From NCBI GenBank assembly GCA_001830425.1, contig MIAA01000016.1:164663-228662 (forward strand): a stretch of 64,000 nt of DNA, read 5' to 3'. Shown piece by piece: positions 9,346-19,332 of this stretch. The notes beneath the pieces were generated by a model that was given only the letters and a program-made list of their open reading frames with translations, searched no databases and was not told where the DNA came from. The DNA is from Rhodospirillales bacterium RIFCSPLOWO2_02_FULL_58_16 (GTDB taxonomy: Bacteria; Pseudomonadota; Alphaproteobacteria; Rhodospirillales; 2-02-FULL-58-16). Each line of letters begins with the position of its first letter. Position 1 is the first letter of the stretch. The translations under genes and the position numbers were made by a program.

Positions 9346-10429
9346 ACGGTTGCCGTCCGCCGCCGTCGTTATCGCCGCCGTTGCCGCGTGCGCTCCCGTC
9401 GCGCCGCCGCCCCCTCCCGGCGAAGCCAGGCTTAATCTGACCCGCTCAACCTTTTCCATGCTTCCCGGATGGGCGGAGGATGCTCATTTTGCGGCGCTGC
9501 CGGCGCTGGTTCGTTCCTGCGCCTTGCCGGCGACGTTGCCGGACGGCCGCCGGTTCAACGTCGGCGGGTCGGGGGAAACGGTAGCCGACTGGAAGCAGGC
9601 GTGCGCCGCCGCCGGGCGGGTTCCCGAGGGGGACAGCCGGGCGGCCCGTTCATATTTCGAGACCTGGTTTACGCCTTTTCTGGCGGCGGACAGGGAGAAT
9701 CCGCAAGGATTGTTCACGGGCTATTACGAGGCGGAACTGCATGGTTCGCGGACCCGGCACGGACGTTATCAAACGCCCGTTTATTCCTTGCCGGCAAAAG
9801 CGACGACGGAAACCCGCGCCGGGATCGAAGGGGGGGCGTTGGCGGGCAAGGGCCTGGAACTGCTGTGGGCGGACGACCCGGTGGATGTTTTCTTTCTCCA
9901 TGTGCAGGGGTCCGGGCGCGTGGTTATGGAAGACGGCCAAACGGTGCGCCTGGGATTCGCCGGGCGTAACGGCCATGCCTATGTGTCCATCGGCCATGAG
10001 TTTGTGAAAAGCGGCGTCATGCCCAAGGATCAGGTTTCCATGCAGGCCATTCGCGCCTGGCTGTATGCCCATCCGCAACAGAGCGCCGAAATGATGGCTC
10101 GCAATCCGTCTTACATTTTTTTCAGGGAGATCAAGGGCGAGGGGCCGATCGGCGCCCAGGGGGTCGCCTTGACGCCGGGGCGCAGCCTTGCCGTTGACAA
10201 GCAATTCATCCCCTTCGGATTGCCGGTGTGGCTGGACACCACCGATCCGATGAATCCGGCCAAGCCGTTGCGTCGTCTGGTCGTCGCCCAGGATACCGGC
10301 GGCGCCATCAAGGGGCCGGTGCGCGGCGATCTGTTTTGGGGATTCGGCGCCGCCGCCGCTGAAAAAGCCGGGGAGATGAAACAATCCGGTCGTTATTTCC
10401 TGTTGCTTCCGAAAAGCGCGGCCCCATGA
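9338..10429 (+). CDS. mltA: membrane-bound lytic murein transglycosylase A
   Basis: Lipobox AAVAAC. It shows MltA/3D-domain features (VAQDTGGAIKGPVRGDLFWG). The start is set at the in-frame TTG at 9338; the track ORF begins at 9281. Confidence 0.8.
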   Translation: MIRRLPSAAVVIAAVAACAPVAPPPPPGEARLNLTRSTFSMLPGWAEDAHFAALPALVRSCALPATLPDGRRFNVGGSGETVADWKQACAAAGRVPEGDSRAARSYFETWFTPFLAADRENPQGLFTGYYEAELHGSRTRHGRYQTPVYSLPAKATTETRAGIEGGALAGKGLELLWADDPVDVFFLHVQGSGRVVMEDGQTVRLGFAGRNGHAYVSIGHEFVKSGVMPKDQVSMQAIRAWLYAHPQQSAEMMARNPSYIFFREIKGEGPIGAQGVALTPGRSLAVDKQFIPFGLPVWLDTTDPMNPAKPLRRLVVAQDTGGAIKGPVRGDLFWGFGAAAAEKAGEMKQSGRYFLLLPKSAAP

Positions 10430-10959
10430 CGGGGAAAAAGTCGAAAACAACCGCCGGCCCTGAAGATGATGATTTATGGCAAAGGGTGACCGCCGGCGTT
10501 AAGCCGCTTTGCGGTCGAAAAAAGGCCGTAACTGCGGATGTGGCGGCGATCAAGCGGACAAAACCCCCGTGTGTTTCGCCTGCGATCATTAAACTGCCGC
10601 CGAATCCCCCCGCTCCCGGCGGCGATGCGCCGCCCGCCGCCGATTGGCGCACCGCCCGCCGCCTGAAAAAGGGCAAGACCTCCATCGAGGCGCGGGTTGA
10701 CCTGCACGGCATGACCCAACATCAGGCTCATGGCGCACTGGCGGATTTTATCGCAAAATCTTACGATTCGGGGCGGCGTTGCGTGCTGGTGATCACCGGC
10801 AAGGGGCGAGGCGGCTTGTCGGCGGGCGTGTTGCGTTCAGGGGTTCCGAGATGGCTTAATCAGTCGCCCAACCGCGAAAAGATCATCAGCCTCACCCAGG
10901 CCGCCTCCCGCGACGGCGGCGACGGCGCGCTTTATGTGCTGTTAAAGAAAAAGCGGTGA
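10426..10959 (+). CDS. Smr domain protein
   Basis: The C-terminal Smr domain shows DLHGMTQHQAHGALADFI...VLVITGKG. Confidence 0.8.
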   Translation: MTGKKSKTTAGPEDDDLWQRVTAGVKPLCGRKKAVTADVAAIKRTKPPCVSPAIIKLPPNPPAPGGDAPPAADWRTARRLKKGKTSIEARVDLHGMTQHQAHGALADFIAKSYDSGRRCVLVITGKGRGGLSAGVLRSGVPRWLNQSPNREKIISLTQAASRDGGDGALYVLLKKKR

Positions 10960-11109
10960 TCAACGCGAGAGGACAAAACCCGCCGGATCGTCGTTCCACG
11001 GATTGAAGACGGCGACGCCGCTGATCCGGCCCCAGACCGCGACCTTCGGGTCACAGCCGGGACGGGCGAGTTCGGAGATCACGTTGGTGTCCGGCAGTCC
11101 CCCGATCAC
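10960..11109 (-). pseudogene. internally deleted VapC (PIN) toxin remnant, 49 codons
   Basis: GTG at 11109 overlaps the antitoxin stop (GTGA). Translation is VIGGLPDTNVISELARPGCDPKVAVWGRISGVAVFNPWNDDPAGFVLSR. That is a VapC N-terminus (LDTNVISEL) joined directly to a VapC C-terminus (V.V.NPW), missing about 80-90 central residues. Confidence 0.65.
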
Positions 11110-11462
11110 AGGGCGATCTCGCGACCGCGATCCGGCTCGCGGCGGATGTCGATCTCGGCGAGCGCCGTGCCCTGCAGGAAATCGACCAGAGACTGTTCGG
11201 GGCGCTCCGCCGGCAGCAGCCGTTTCAGTTCATCCACGGCGATGACCACAACGGCGTCCTTGCCGCGACAGGTCACCCGTTGGGGACCCTCCTCGCGGGC
11301 CAGCCTGACGACCTCGCTGAATCGCGCCTTGGCGTCTTCCAGCTTCCAGGCGTGGAGACTGCGAACCGCCGTCCTTTCAATGCTGAAGCGGACTCCCTGA
11401 TCTTTTTGCGCTCTCTTGCGTCCGGCAAGGGCCTTTTCCTTGACGCTCATAACCGTCTCCAT
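11106..11462 (-). CDS. Phd/YefM-like (VapB-type) antitoxin
   Basis: 118 aa. WKLEDAKARFSEVVRLAREEGPQRVTCRGKDAVVVIAVDELKRL is antitoxin-like. The start may be MSVKEK at 11450. Confidence 0.7.
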   Translation of the reverse strand: METVMSVKEKALAGRKRAQKDQGVRFSIERTAVRSLHAWKLEDAKARFSEVVRLAREEGPQRVTCRGKDAVVVIAVDELKRLLPAERPEQSLVDFLQGTALAEIDIRREPDRGREIAL

Positions 11463-11588
11463 AAACGGACCAGCTGGTCAGATAATGCGCCTTTCGGATG
11501 ACTGCGGCAAGATGAACATGAAGAACCGGCGTCTCTCCGCCTTGGTAGTCTACCGTTGGGCGCGGTCGGCGACGTGGTATTTTATGTG

Positions 11589-11690
11589 TTTTGGCCACAG
11601 AGGCACAGAGGCGCAGAGAAGATCAAGCGAAGTTTTCTTTCCGCTTTTTTTTAATTCTTCTCTGTGTCTCTGAGCCTCTGTGTTTCATGA
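11589..11690. repeat. family-2 CACAGAGGC palindromic repeat, inverted orientation relative to copy at 1271
   Basis: Its reverse complement aligns along its length with 1271-1375 and 20037-20135. Confidence 0.8.
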
Positions 11691-11754
11691 AATGGTGTTT
11701 TATTTAATCAGAGCAATATCTCGCGACGGCGGCGATGGGGCGTTCTATGCGTGA

Positions 11755-13089
11755 TCAAAGAATGAATTTGCTGAGGTCGGAGTTTTCGGCCAGTTTGCTG
11801 ACTTTATCGCGCACATATTCGGCGTTGATGGCGAGAGATTCGCCGCTGCGTTCGGAGGCGTTGAAGCTGATGTCCTCGACCAGCTTTTCCATTACCGTTT
11901 GCAGGCGGCGGGCGCCGATGTTTTCGACGCTGCCGTTGATTTTCGCCGCCAGATCGGCGATCTCGGTGACGGCGTCGTCGGTGAATTCCAGGGTCACGTC
12001 CTCCACGCCCATCAGGGCGATATATTGCTTGATCAGGCTGGCCTCCGGCTCGGTGAGGATGCGGATGAAGTCATCGCGGGTCAGCGCCTTCAACTCGACG
12101 CGGATAGGCAGGCGTCCCTGCAATTCGGGCAGCATGTCCGAAGGCTTGGCCAGATGAAAAGCGCCGGAGGCGATGAACAGGATATGGTCCGTCCTGACGG
12201 AGCCGCGCTTGGTCGAGACCGTCGTGCCTTCGATCAGCGGCAGCAGGTCGCGTTGCACGCCTTCGCGGCTGACGTCGGCGCCGATTCTCTCGGAGCGTCC
12301 GGTAATCTTGTCGATTTCGTCAATAAAGACGATGCCGTTGTTTTCCACCTCCTCGATGGCGACGCGGATCACCTTTTCCTTGTCCAGCAACTTGTCGGCT
12401 TCCTCGGTGGTCAGCACGTTATAGGATTCGGCGACGGTCATGCGCTTGGGCTTTAACGAGCCTTGTCCGAAGGCCTTGCTCATGATCTCGTTGAGGTTGA
12501 TCATGCTCATCTGCGAACCCGGCATGCCGGGGATGTCGATGGTCGGCATGCCCATGGCGCCGGAGCCGGAATCGGCGATGGGGATTTCGATTTCCTTGTC
12601 GTTGAGGTCGCCGGCGCGTAATTTCTTGCGGAATTTTTCGCGGGTGTCTTTGCCGGCGCTGTCGCCGACCAGGGCGTCAAGCACTCTTTCCTCGGCCAGC
12701 AGCTCCGCCTTCGCCGTCATTTGCTTGCGCATGCGCTCGTTGACCAGATGAACGGCGATTTCCACCAGATCGCGGATGATCTGTTCGACATCGCGGCCGA
12801 CGTAGCCGATTTCGGTAAACTTGGTGGCTTCCACCTTGATAAACGGCGCCTGGGCAAGGTTGGCGAGGCGACGCGCAATCTCGGTTTTGCCGACGCCGGT
12901 GGGTCCGATCATCAGGATATTCTTGGGCAGCACTTCTTCGCGCATGTTATCGTCAAGCTGCTGGCGCCGCCAGCGGTTGCGAAGGGCGATGGCGACGGCG
13001 CGTTTGGCGTCGTCCTGGCCGACGATGTAGCGGTCCAGTTCGGAGACGATCTCACGCGGCGTGAAGCTGGTGGCGTCGGGGATGCTCAT
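11755..13089 (-). CDS. hslU: ATP-dependent protease ATPase subunit HslU
   Basis: 444 aa. [33 protein letters not shown] and the Walker [16 protein letters not shown] are present. Confidence 0.93.
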   Translation of the reverse strand: MSIPDATSFTPREIVSELDRYIVGQDDAKRAVAIALRNRWRRQQLDDNMREEVLPKNILMIGPTGVGKTEIARRLANLAQAPFIKVEATKFTEIGYVGRDVEQIIRDLVEIAVHLVNERMRKQMTAKAELLAEERVLDALVGDSAGKDTREKFRKKLRAGDLNDKEIEIPIADSGSGAMGMPTIDIPGMPGSQMSMINLNEIMSKAFGQGSLKPKRMTVAESYNVLTTEEADKLLDKEKVIRVAIEEVENNGIVFIDEIDKITGRSERIGADVSREGVQRDLLPLIEGTTVSTKRGSVRTDHILFIASGAFHLAKPSDMLPELQGRLPIRVELKALTRDDFIRILTEPEASLIKQYIALMGVEDVTLEFTDDAVTEIADLAAKINGSVENIGARRLQTVMEKLVEDISFNASERSGESLAINAEYVRDKVSKLAENSDLSKFIL

Positions 13090-13634
13090 AAGGACTCAAT
13101 GGTGACGGAGGTGTTGGTGTAAACGCAGATTCCGGCGGCGACGGCCATGGCCTGACGGGCGATCTGCTCGGCGTCCAGGCCTTTTTGGCCGAACAGGGCG
13201 CGCGCCGCCGCCAGCGCGTAATTGCCGCCGGAGCCGATGCCGATCAGTCCGTCCTCCGGCTCCAGAACGTCGCCGGTGCCGGTAAGCACCAGGGAGATGT
13301 CTTTGTCGGCGACCGCCATCATCGCTTCAAGGCGGCGCAGATAGCGGTCGGTGCGCCAGTCCTTGGCCATTTCCACGCAGGCGCGGGTAAGCTGGCCGGG
13401 ATACTGTTCAAGCTTTCCTTCCAGGCGCTCCAGCAGGGTGAAGGCGTCGGCGGTGGCGCCGGCGAAACCGACGATCACCGAATCATTGGAAAGACGGCGC
13501 ACTTTCCTGGCGTTGGCCTTGATGATGGTGTTGCCCAGACTCACCTGACCGTCGCCGGCGATGACTACCTTTTTATCTTTGCGTACGGCCAGAATGGTGG
13601 TGCCGTGCCAGCTCTGTTCATTGTCTTTGGTCAT
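13086..13634 (-). CDS. hslV: ATP-dependent protease peptidase subunit HslV
   Basis: 182 aa with the [25 protein letters not shown] motif. It overlaps the hslU start. Confidence 0.93.
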   Translation of the reverse strand: MTKDNEQSWHGTTILAVRKDKKVVIAGDGQVSLGNTIIKANARKVRRLSNDSVIVGFAGATADAFTLLERLEGKLEQYPGQLTRACVEMAKDWRTDRYLRRLEAMMAVADKDISLVLTGTGDVLEPEDGLIGIGSGGNYALAAARALFGQKGLDAEQIARQAMAVAAGICVYTNTSVTIESL

Positions 13635-13713
13635 GATCGCCGACTATACCCCAGCATTGATATCTGGCGAATCAAAAAACATCCTGCTACAAGTTCCTTC
13701 AAAGGAGGCCGTC

Positions 13714-14313
13714 ATGCGCAGGGCCGGCGTTGAACGTAATACTAACGAGACCAAAATCAAGGTCGCCGTCAATCTGGACGGCTCGGGGAGCTATGACATC
13801 GCAACGGGCGTCGGCTTCCTTGACCATATGCTGGAACAGCTTTCGCGCCACAGCCTGATTGACCTTGAGGTAAAAGCCGAAGGCGATCTTCACATCGATT
13901 CCCATCACACTACCGAGGACGTGGGCATCGCCATCGGCGAGGCGGTGGCCAAGGCGCTGGGCGACCGCAAGGGAATCACCCGTTACGGAAGCGCCATGGC
14001 GCCCATGGACGAGGCCCTGACGCGAGTGGCGCTGGACGCTTCCATGCGCCCTTATCTGGTGTGGAAGGTTGTGTTTGTCCGCGACAAACTGGGCGGAATG
14101 GACACCGAACTGTTCAAGGAATGGTTCCGGGCGTTCACCCAGGCGGCGGGGATTACCCTGCATGTGGAAACCCTGTACGGCGACAATAACCATCATATTG
14201 TCGAGTCCTGTTTCAAGGGCTTGGCGCGCGCCCTGCGCCAGGCGGTGGAGATTGATCCGCGCAAGCCCGACGAGGCGCCTTCCACCAAGGGCGTCCTTGG
14301 CGGCTCGCTATGA
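13714..14313 (+). CDS. hisB: imidazoleglycerol-phosphate dehydratase
   Basis: The start ATG at 13714 follows [24 protein letters not shown] and the HHTTED motif are present. The track ORF 13561 has an implausible 5-prime extension. Confidence 0.9.
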   Translation: MRRAGVERNTNETKIKVAVNLDGSGSYDIATGVGFLDHMLEQLSRHSLIDLEVKAEGDLHIDSHHTTEDVGIAIGEAVAKALGDRKGITRYGSAMAPMDEALTRVALDASMRPYLVWKVVFVRDKLGGMDTELFKEWFRAFTQAAGITLHVETLYGDNNHHIVESCFKGLARALRQAVEIDPRKPDEAPSTKGVLGGSL

Positions 14314-14320
14314 GTCCGTC

Positions 14321-14719
14321 ATGCAGATTTACACCGTTCACTTAAAGCGTTTCGACCCGCTGGCCGATTTTGTGCTGGTCAAGGAAGGGTTCAGTTGGCC
14401 CGGCTTTTTCCTGTCGGCGCTGTGGGCGTTATGGCATCGTTTGTGGTGGGCGGCGCTGATGCTGGCGGCGGCGAATCTGGCGGTGAGCCTGCTGTCGTCA
14501 ATGCCGGATTTGAATCCGTTTGCCCAGGCGGCGATGTCGCTGGGCTTCGCCGCAGCGGTCGGCTTCATCGCCAACGATCTTCGGCGGTGGACGCTGAAAC
14601 GTAGTGGATATGTCATTGAGGCGGTGGTTTCCGGGCAAAGTCTTGAGGATGCCGAGCGGCGCTTCCTCGACGGATCGCCGGAGTTGTTAATTACGCCGGC
14701 GGCGAAAGCCCGGTCGTGA
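14321..14719 (+). CDS. DUF2628 membrane protein
   Basis: MQIYTVHLKR...VKEGFSWPGFFLSALWALWHRLWW is the DUF2628 pattern, often found between hisB and hisH. Confidence 0.7.
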   Translation: MQIYTVHLKRFDPLADFVLVKEGFSWPGFFLSALWALWHRLWWAALMLAAANLAVSLLSSMPDLNPFAQAAMSLGFAAAVGFIANDLRRWTLKRSGYVIEAVVSGQSLEDAERRFLDGSPELLITPAAKARS

Positions 14720-15357
14720 ACGTCGCCATTATCGACTACGGCTCGGGTAATTTGCGCTCCGCCGCCAAGGCCTTCGAGCGCGCCGCCGCCGAGGCCGGTC
14801 TGAAAACCGGGATTGTCGTGACCGGCGCCGCCGCCGATCTTGACGCCGCCGATCATATCGTGCTGCCCGGCGTCGGCGCTTTCGCCGACTGCAAGAAAGG
14901 CCTGACGGCCCTGCCCGGCATGATCGAAGCCCTGGAGCGGGCTGTTATCAGGAACGGCAGGCCGTTTCTCGGCATTTGCGTCGGCATGCAACTGATGGCG
15001 ACGGTCGGCCTTGAACATGGACGGCATGACGGTCTGGGGTGGATTAAAGGCGAGGTCGTCCCGCTTAAGCTGGCGGACGCGACATTAAAAATCCCTCACA
15101 TGGGCTGGAATGAATTGAATTTTTCTTCGAATCATCCGTTTTTCAAGGGGGCGGCGCCGGGAGTGCATGTCTATTTCGTTCACGGCTACGGATTCGTCGC
15201 CGCCGATCCGGCGATGGTGTTGGCGCATACCGATTACGGCGGGGAAGTCAGCGCCGTTATCGGACGCGACAACATGATCGGCGTCCAGTTTCACCCGGAA
15301 AAAAGTCAGGCGACGGGGCTTAAACTGATCACCAACTTTCTTGAATGGCGGCCATAA
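14716..15357 (+). CDS. hisH: imidazole glycerol phosphate synthase, glutaminase subunit
   Basis: [28 protein letters not shown] and QFHPEKS are present. Confidence 0.92.
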   Translation: MNVAIIDYGSGNLRSAAKAFERAAAEAGLKTGIVVTGAAADLDAADHIVLPGVGAFADCKKGLTALPGMIEALERAVIRNGRPFLGICVGMQLMATVGLEHGRHDGLGWIKGEVVPLKLADATLKIPHMGWNELNFSSNHPFFKGAAPGVHVYFVHGYGFVAADPAMVLAHTDYGGEVSAVIGRDNMIGVQFHPEKSQATGLKLITNFLEWRP

Positions 15358-16085
15358 TGATTTTTTTTCCCGCCATTGATCTCAAGAACGGACAGTGCGT
15401 GCGGCTGGTTCGCGGCGATATGGAACAGGCCACGGTGTTCAGCGACGATCCCGCCGGACAGGCCGCTGTTTTTTCTTCGGCCGGCTGTCGCTGGCTGCAC
15501 ATGGTCGATCTTGACGGCGCTTTCGCCGGGCGTCCGGTCAACGACGGAGCGGTGAAGTCCATCCTGGCAACGGTAAAGATCAAGGTGCAGCTCGGCGGCG
15601 GCATTCGCGATCTGGCGACGGTTGCGTTCTGGCTGGACAAGGGGGTAAGCCGGGTGATTCTGGGGACGGCGGCTCTGCGCGATCCCGGACTGGTCAAGGA
15701 AGCCTGCCGCCGCTATCCGGGGCGGGTGGCGGTCGGCATTGACGCCAGGGAGGGCCTGGTCGCCGTCGAGGGCTGGGCCGAGGTTTCGACGATCAAGGTT
15801 CTCGATCTGGCGTTGAAATTCGAAGACGCCGGCGTCGCCGCCATCATCTATACCGACATCGGTCGCGACGGCGCCATGGAAGGCCCCAATATCGCCGCCG
15901 TTGCGGCGCTGGCCGGGGCGATTTCAACGCCGGTGATCGCTTCGGGGGGGGTGTCTTCGATGGATGACCTGAAAAAGCTCAAGGATGAAGCGCCGATGAT
16001 CGAGGGGGTGATCAGCGGCCGCGCCGTTTATGACGGGCGGATCGATCCGGCGGCCGCCGTCGCCGCGCTGGAGGGGTCATGCTGA
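15345..16085 (+). CDS. hisA: ProFAR isomerase
   Basis: [20 protein letters not shown] and the GGGIRD motif are present. Confidence 0.9.
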   Translation: MAAIMIFFPAIDLKNGQCVRLVRGDMEQATVFSDDPAGQAAVFSSAGCRWLHMVDLDGAFAGRPVNDGAVKSILATVKIKVQLGGGIRDLATVAFWLDKGVSRVILGTAALRDPGLVKEACRRYPGRVAVGIDAREGLVAVEGWAEVSTIKVLDLALKFEDAGVAAIIYTDIGRDGAMEGPNIAAVAALAGAISTPVIASGGVSSMDDLKKLKDEAPMIEGVISGRAVYDGRIDPAAAVAALEGSC

Positions 16086-16849
16086 AGGTCAGGATCATCC
16101 CTTGTCTGGACGTTAAGGGGGGCCGCGTCGTCAAAGGCGTCAACTTTGTCGATCTGGCCGACGCCGGCGATCCGGTGGAACAGGCCCGCATCTACGACCG
16201 CGAAGGGGCCGACGAGCTGACTTTCCTCGACATCACCGCCAGTCACGAGAACCGCGAAACGATCTTTGACGTGGTGGGGCGCACCGCCGAGGAATGTTTC
16301 ATGCCGTTGACGGTCGGCGGCGGGGTGCGCGCCCTGGACGATATCCGCAGGCTGCTGCTCGCCGGCGCCGACAAGGTTTCCATCAATACGGCGGCGGTGA
16401 AGCGTCCCGAGTTCGTGCGCGAGGCGGCGGAAAAATTCGGCAGTCAGTGCATCGTCGTTTCCATCGACGCCAGGACCGTCGGCGACGGGCGTCACGAGAT
16501 TTTTACCCACGGCGGACGCAACCCGACCGGCATTGACGCCATTTTGTGGTCAAAACGCATGGCCGAGTACGGCGCCGGGGAGATTTTACTGACCTCCATA
16601 GATCATGACGGCGCCAAAAAAGGTTTCAATATCGGGTTGACTCGGGCTATAGCCGACGCCGTGCCCGTGCCTGTGATCGCTTCCGGCGGCGTCGGGACCC
16701 TGGATCATCTGGTCGAAGGCGTGGTTGACGGTCATGCTTCGGCGGTTCTGGCGGCCTCGATTTTTCATTTCGGAACCTTTACCATCGGTCAGGCCAAGGC
16801 TTATATGAAGGCGGCGGGAGTCCCCGTGCGCTATGAACCTGAAGGATAA
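16079..16849 (+). CDS. hisF: imidazole glycerol phosphate synthase, cyclase subunit
   Basis: [19 protein letters not shown] and [11 protein letters not shown] are present. Confidence 0.92.
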   Translation: MLKVRIIPCLDVKGGRVVKGVNFVDLADAGDPVEQARIYDREGADELTFLDITASHENRETIFDVVGRTAEECFMPLTVGGGVRALDDIRRLLLAGADKVSINTAAVKRPEFVREAAEKFGSQCIVVSIDARTVGDGRHEIFTHGGRNPTGIDAILWSKRMAEYGAGEILLTSIDHDGAKKGFNIGLTRAIADAVPVPVIASGGVGTLDHLVEGVVDGHASAVLAASIFHFGTFTIGQAKAYMKAAGVPVRYEPEG

Positions 16850-16852
16850 CAG

Positions 16853-17200
16853 ATGGCGGATAAACCGGTCGATATTACCGTTGTGGAGCGTGTGTTCGAG
16901 GTAGTAAAGAGCCGTCGCGGCGGCGATCCCAAAGTATCCTATTCGGCCAAGTTGTTCGCCAGGGGAAGGGGAAAGATCGCCCAGAAGCTGGGCGAGGAGG
17001 CGGTGGAAACCATCATCGCGGCGCTGGAAGGATCATCCGAGGAGGTGGTCAGCGAAAGCGTCGATCTGCTGTTTCATTTGCTGCTGCTGTGGGTCGATGT
17101 CGGCGTCAAGCCCAAAGAGGTCTGGGCGGAACTGGCGCGCCGCGAGGGCTTTTCGGGCCTGGACGAGAAAAAGATAAAAGGCGGGAAACATGAAAAATAG
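16853..17200 (+). CDS. hisE: phosphoribosyl-ATP pyrophosphatase
   Basis: 115 aa. SYSAKLFARGRGKIAQKLGEEAVE...ESVDLLFHLLLLW is typical of HisE. Confidence 0.85.
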   Translation: MADKPVDITVVERVFEVVKSRRGGDPKVSYSAKLFARGRGKIAQKLGEEAVETIIAALEGSSEEVVSESVDLLFHLLLLWVDVGVKPKEVWAELARREGFSGLDEKKIKGGKHEK

Positions 17201-17214
17201 GGGGCCTGAAGGTT

Positions 17215-17574
17215 ATGGCATATGACGCAAAAAACATTTTTGCCAAAATTCTTCGCGGCGAAATCCCCTGCGCCAAGGTTTACGAGGATGACTTCGCGCT
17301 GGCCTTCAACGACATCAATCCCCAGGCCCCTGTGCATGTGCTGGTGATTCCCAAGGGGCCTTATGCGTCCATGGATGATTTTTCAGCCGACGCAACCGAG
17401 GCCGAGGCCGCCGGTTTCTGGCGCGCCGTCGCAACGACGGCGCGGGAATTGGGCCTGAACAAGGGCGGTTACCGCATCCTCGCCAACAACGGGCGCGACG
17501 CCAACCAGGAAGTCCCCCATTTTCATGTCCATATCTTCGCCGGCCGCAACCTGGGGCCGATGCTGACGCGGTAG
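17215..17574 (+). CDS. HIT-family (HinT-like) nucleotide hydrolase
   Basis: 119 aa with the histidine triad HFHVHIFAG. Confidence 0.88.
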   Translation: MAYDAKNIFAKILRGEIPCAKVYEDDFALAFNDINPQAPVHVLVIPKGPYASMDDFSADATEAEAAGFWRAVATTARELGLNKGGYRILANNGRDANQEVPHFHVHIFAGRNLGPMLTR

Positions 17575-17603
17575 GGTATGGGGCGCCGCCTACTAAACCG
17601 ATA

Positions 17604-17714
17604 TCAGTTCAAAAACAGCTTGGCAAATACGGCGGCGGTCAGAGTCAGGTTAAAGCCTACCATCCATTTGATAAGACGATTGTCGCATTTCAGTTCAGTG
17701 ATCATTGTACTCAT
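17604..17714 (-). pseudogene. 36-codon ORF resembling the C-terminal TM tail of DUF1640-type proteins (possible gene fragment)
   Basis: MSTMITELKCDNRLIKWMVGFNLTLTAAVFAKLFLN. The L.KWM.GF...hydrophobic tail recalls DUF1640 C-termini. It lies inside the segment bracketed by the duplicated HIT gene ends. Confidence 0.25.
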
Positions 17715-17929
17715 GCCCCGAATATAAGCCCGGACGAACAAAAAGTCCAACCGCAGAATATCGTTATTCGGGTGACGCCGACCGAGTGTGTATCAAGCGG
17801 GTGGAGAAGAATTAACATGCCGCAGATGGACACGGATCAACGCGGATAATGCCGGCGACCATTGGCATTACCCTCCATCATGACTTCGCGTCTTTGCGTG
17901 AAACATGGTCGGTCACGCGAAGGCGCAAA

Positions 17930-18016
17930 GGCGCGACGCCAACCGGGAAGTCCCCCATTTTCATGTCCACATCTTCGCCGACCGCAACCTGGGGGCGATG
18001 CCGGCGCGGTAGGGTC
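17930..18016 (+). repeat. diverged second copy of the last 87 bp of the HIT gene (direct repeat of 17491-17577)
   Basis: GGCGCGACGCCAACCGGGAAGTCCCCCATTTTCATGTCCACATCTTCGCCGACCGCAACCTGGGGGCGATGCCGGCGCGGTAGGGT aligns with 17491-17577 with about 8 mismatches, including the stop codon. Confidence 0.85.
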
Positions 18017-18024
18017 AATAAAGA

Positions 18025-18144
18025 TTTTTTAACCACAGAGGCGCAGAGGCACGGAGAAGGCAAGAGAAAATTTAAGCGCGTTTCGTGCAATTTGAGAAAA
18101 GTTTTTTCTTTCTTTTCTGTGCCTCTGCGCCTCTGTGGTTAACC
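18025..18144. repeat. family-2 CACAGAGGC palindromic repeat (subfamily b)
   Basis: It has the termini AACCACAGAGGCGCAGAGGC ... GCCTCTGCGCCTCTGTGGTT. The core resembles the copies at 53362 and 53941. Confidence 0.8.
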
Positions 18145-18203
18145 TGATCTATCCATAGCTCAAGCCATTTGATCAGTGCACAAAAAGGAAATGAATCGTC
18201 AAT

Positions 18204-18246
18204 AAAAAAAAAGGGGGGGGAGAGGGCGGCTGTTTCCCTCTCCCCC
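18204..18246 (-). terminator. rho-independent terminator of the Csp-like gene
   Basis: On the minus strand, an 11-bp GC stem (GGGGGAGAGGG / CCCTCTCCCCC) is followed by C then a T9 run. Confidence 0.75.
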
Positions 18247-18290
18247 TTGCCGGTCGCCGGGGGGTAAGCGCGGCGGCCGGCATTGAGACC

Positions 18291-18773
18291 TTAAGCGGCG
18301 ATCTTTTTGCATTCCTTTATGCACATCAGGCAGGATTCCGCGCAGTTCCTGCAGGCGACATGAAGATCGGCATGTTTGCGGCATTCCGCTTCGCAGGCGG
18401 AGCATACATCGATGCACAGCTTGGCCAGCGCGGCGATATAGGGCGATTCGAGGGCGGCGAATTGGGCCAGCGTTTGGCTTATGGCAATCGTCTGCTCGAC
18501 CAGTCTGGCGCAATCGGCGAGGCTTGCGTCCCCTTTCTTGAAGGTGATGAGACAGTGGTTGATGCAGGCCTGCCCCATGCTCACGCAGTGCAGGGCGGCG
18601 TCGGCCAGCGCCTGGTATTTGTTGGCGCTGTGGTCCATATGGCCCATCGCCGGTTCCGCCGCTGCGGCCTTCCCGGATATCGTCGCGGCGGCGATCAGGG
18701 CGCCGGCCCCGGCCAGCACGTTTCTTCTGTTTACCAGGCCGTCTTCAACAAGTTTCTTGTTCATAGGGGGCAT
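18291..18773 (-). CDS. Tat-exported Cys-rich four-helix-bundle copper-binding protein (DUF326 / Csp-like)
   Basis: 160 aa with a twin-arginine leader (NRRNVLAGAGALIAAA). About 13 Cys sit in repeated CxxxC/CxxC helical spacing (ACINHC, DVCSACEAEC, ACRNCAESCLMCIKEC). Confidence 0.75.
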   Translation of the reverse strand: MPPMNKKLVEDGLVNRRNVLAGAGALIAAATISGKAAAAEPAMGHMDHSANKYQALADAALHCVSMGQACINHCLITFKKGDASLADCARLVEQTIAISQTLAQFAALESPYIAALAKLCIDVCSACEAECRKHADLHVACRNCAESCLMCIKECKKIAA

Positions 18774-18800
18774 TCCTTTCTTCAGTCATGTTGCCGTGAA

Positions 18801-19316
18801 TTATTGCTTGGGGCCGTGCATTGTTTCGTGCATCTTGTCGTGGTCCATCATCGGTGAATGGCCCATCGAGCCGACTTCCATCACCGTGACCCGCACTTCG
18901 ACCTGACCGGCTTTCTCGAAGGTGAGAGTCATCGGAAAGATTGTTCCCGGAACGAGGGGTTTTTCGAGGTCCATCATCATGATGTGGAGTCCGCCGGGCT
19001 TCAGCATCGAAGGCTCGCCGGGGTTGATCTCGATGGCTTTGACCGGCCGCATCTTGGCTATGCCGTCTTCCGTTATGTTGTTGTGCAGTTCGGTCTTCTT
19101 GGCGGTTGGAGCGGCGGCGGCGATCAGGCGATCAACGTCGTGGCCGTTATTGACTATCTGCATCAGGTAGGCGGCGCCGTTCCTGGCGTTGCCGGCCGAG
19201 GCCCGCGCCCAGGGATTGCTGATCGTCAGGTCGCCGATTTTGAAATCTTCCGCCGAGGCCGGGGCGACCGGCAGCAGCGTCGCGGTCAGTATCAATGCTA
19301 AAAATCCATACTTCAT
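18801..19316 (-). CDS. periplasmic copper chaperone PCu(A)C (DUF461)
   Basis: 171 aa with a signal peptide. ISNPWARAS, GGLHIMMMDL and a Met/His-rich tail (MGHSPMMDHDKMHETMHG) are present. Confidence 0.8.
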   Translation of the reverse strand: MKYGFLALILTATLLPVAPASAEDFKIGDLTISNPWARASAGNARNGAAYLMQIVNNGHDVDRLIAAAAPTAKKTELHNNITEDGIAKMRPVKAIEINPGEPSMLKPGGLHIMMMDLEKPLVPGTIFPMTLTFEKAGQVEVRVTVMEVGSMGHSPMMDHDKMHETMHGPKQ

Positions 19317-19332
19317 ATTCGTACTCCCTGGT

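Noticed and set aside
11003-11245. 80-aa plus-strand ORF
   Set aside because: It is antisense to the VapC remnant and the antitoxin gene and has low-complexity Arg/Pro/Ser composition.
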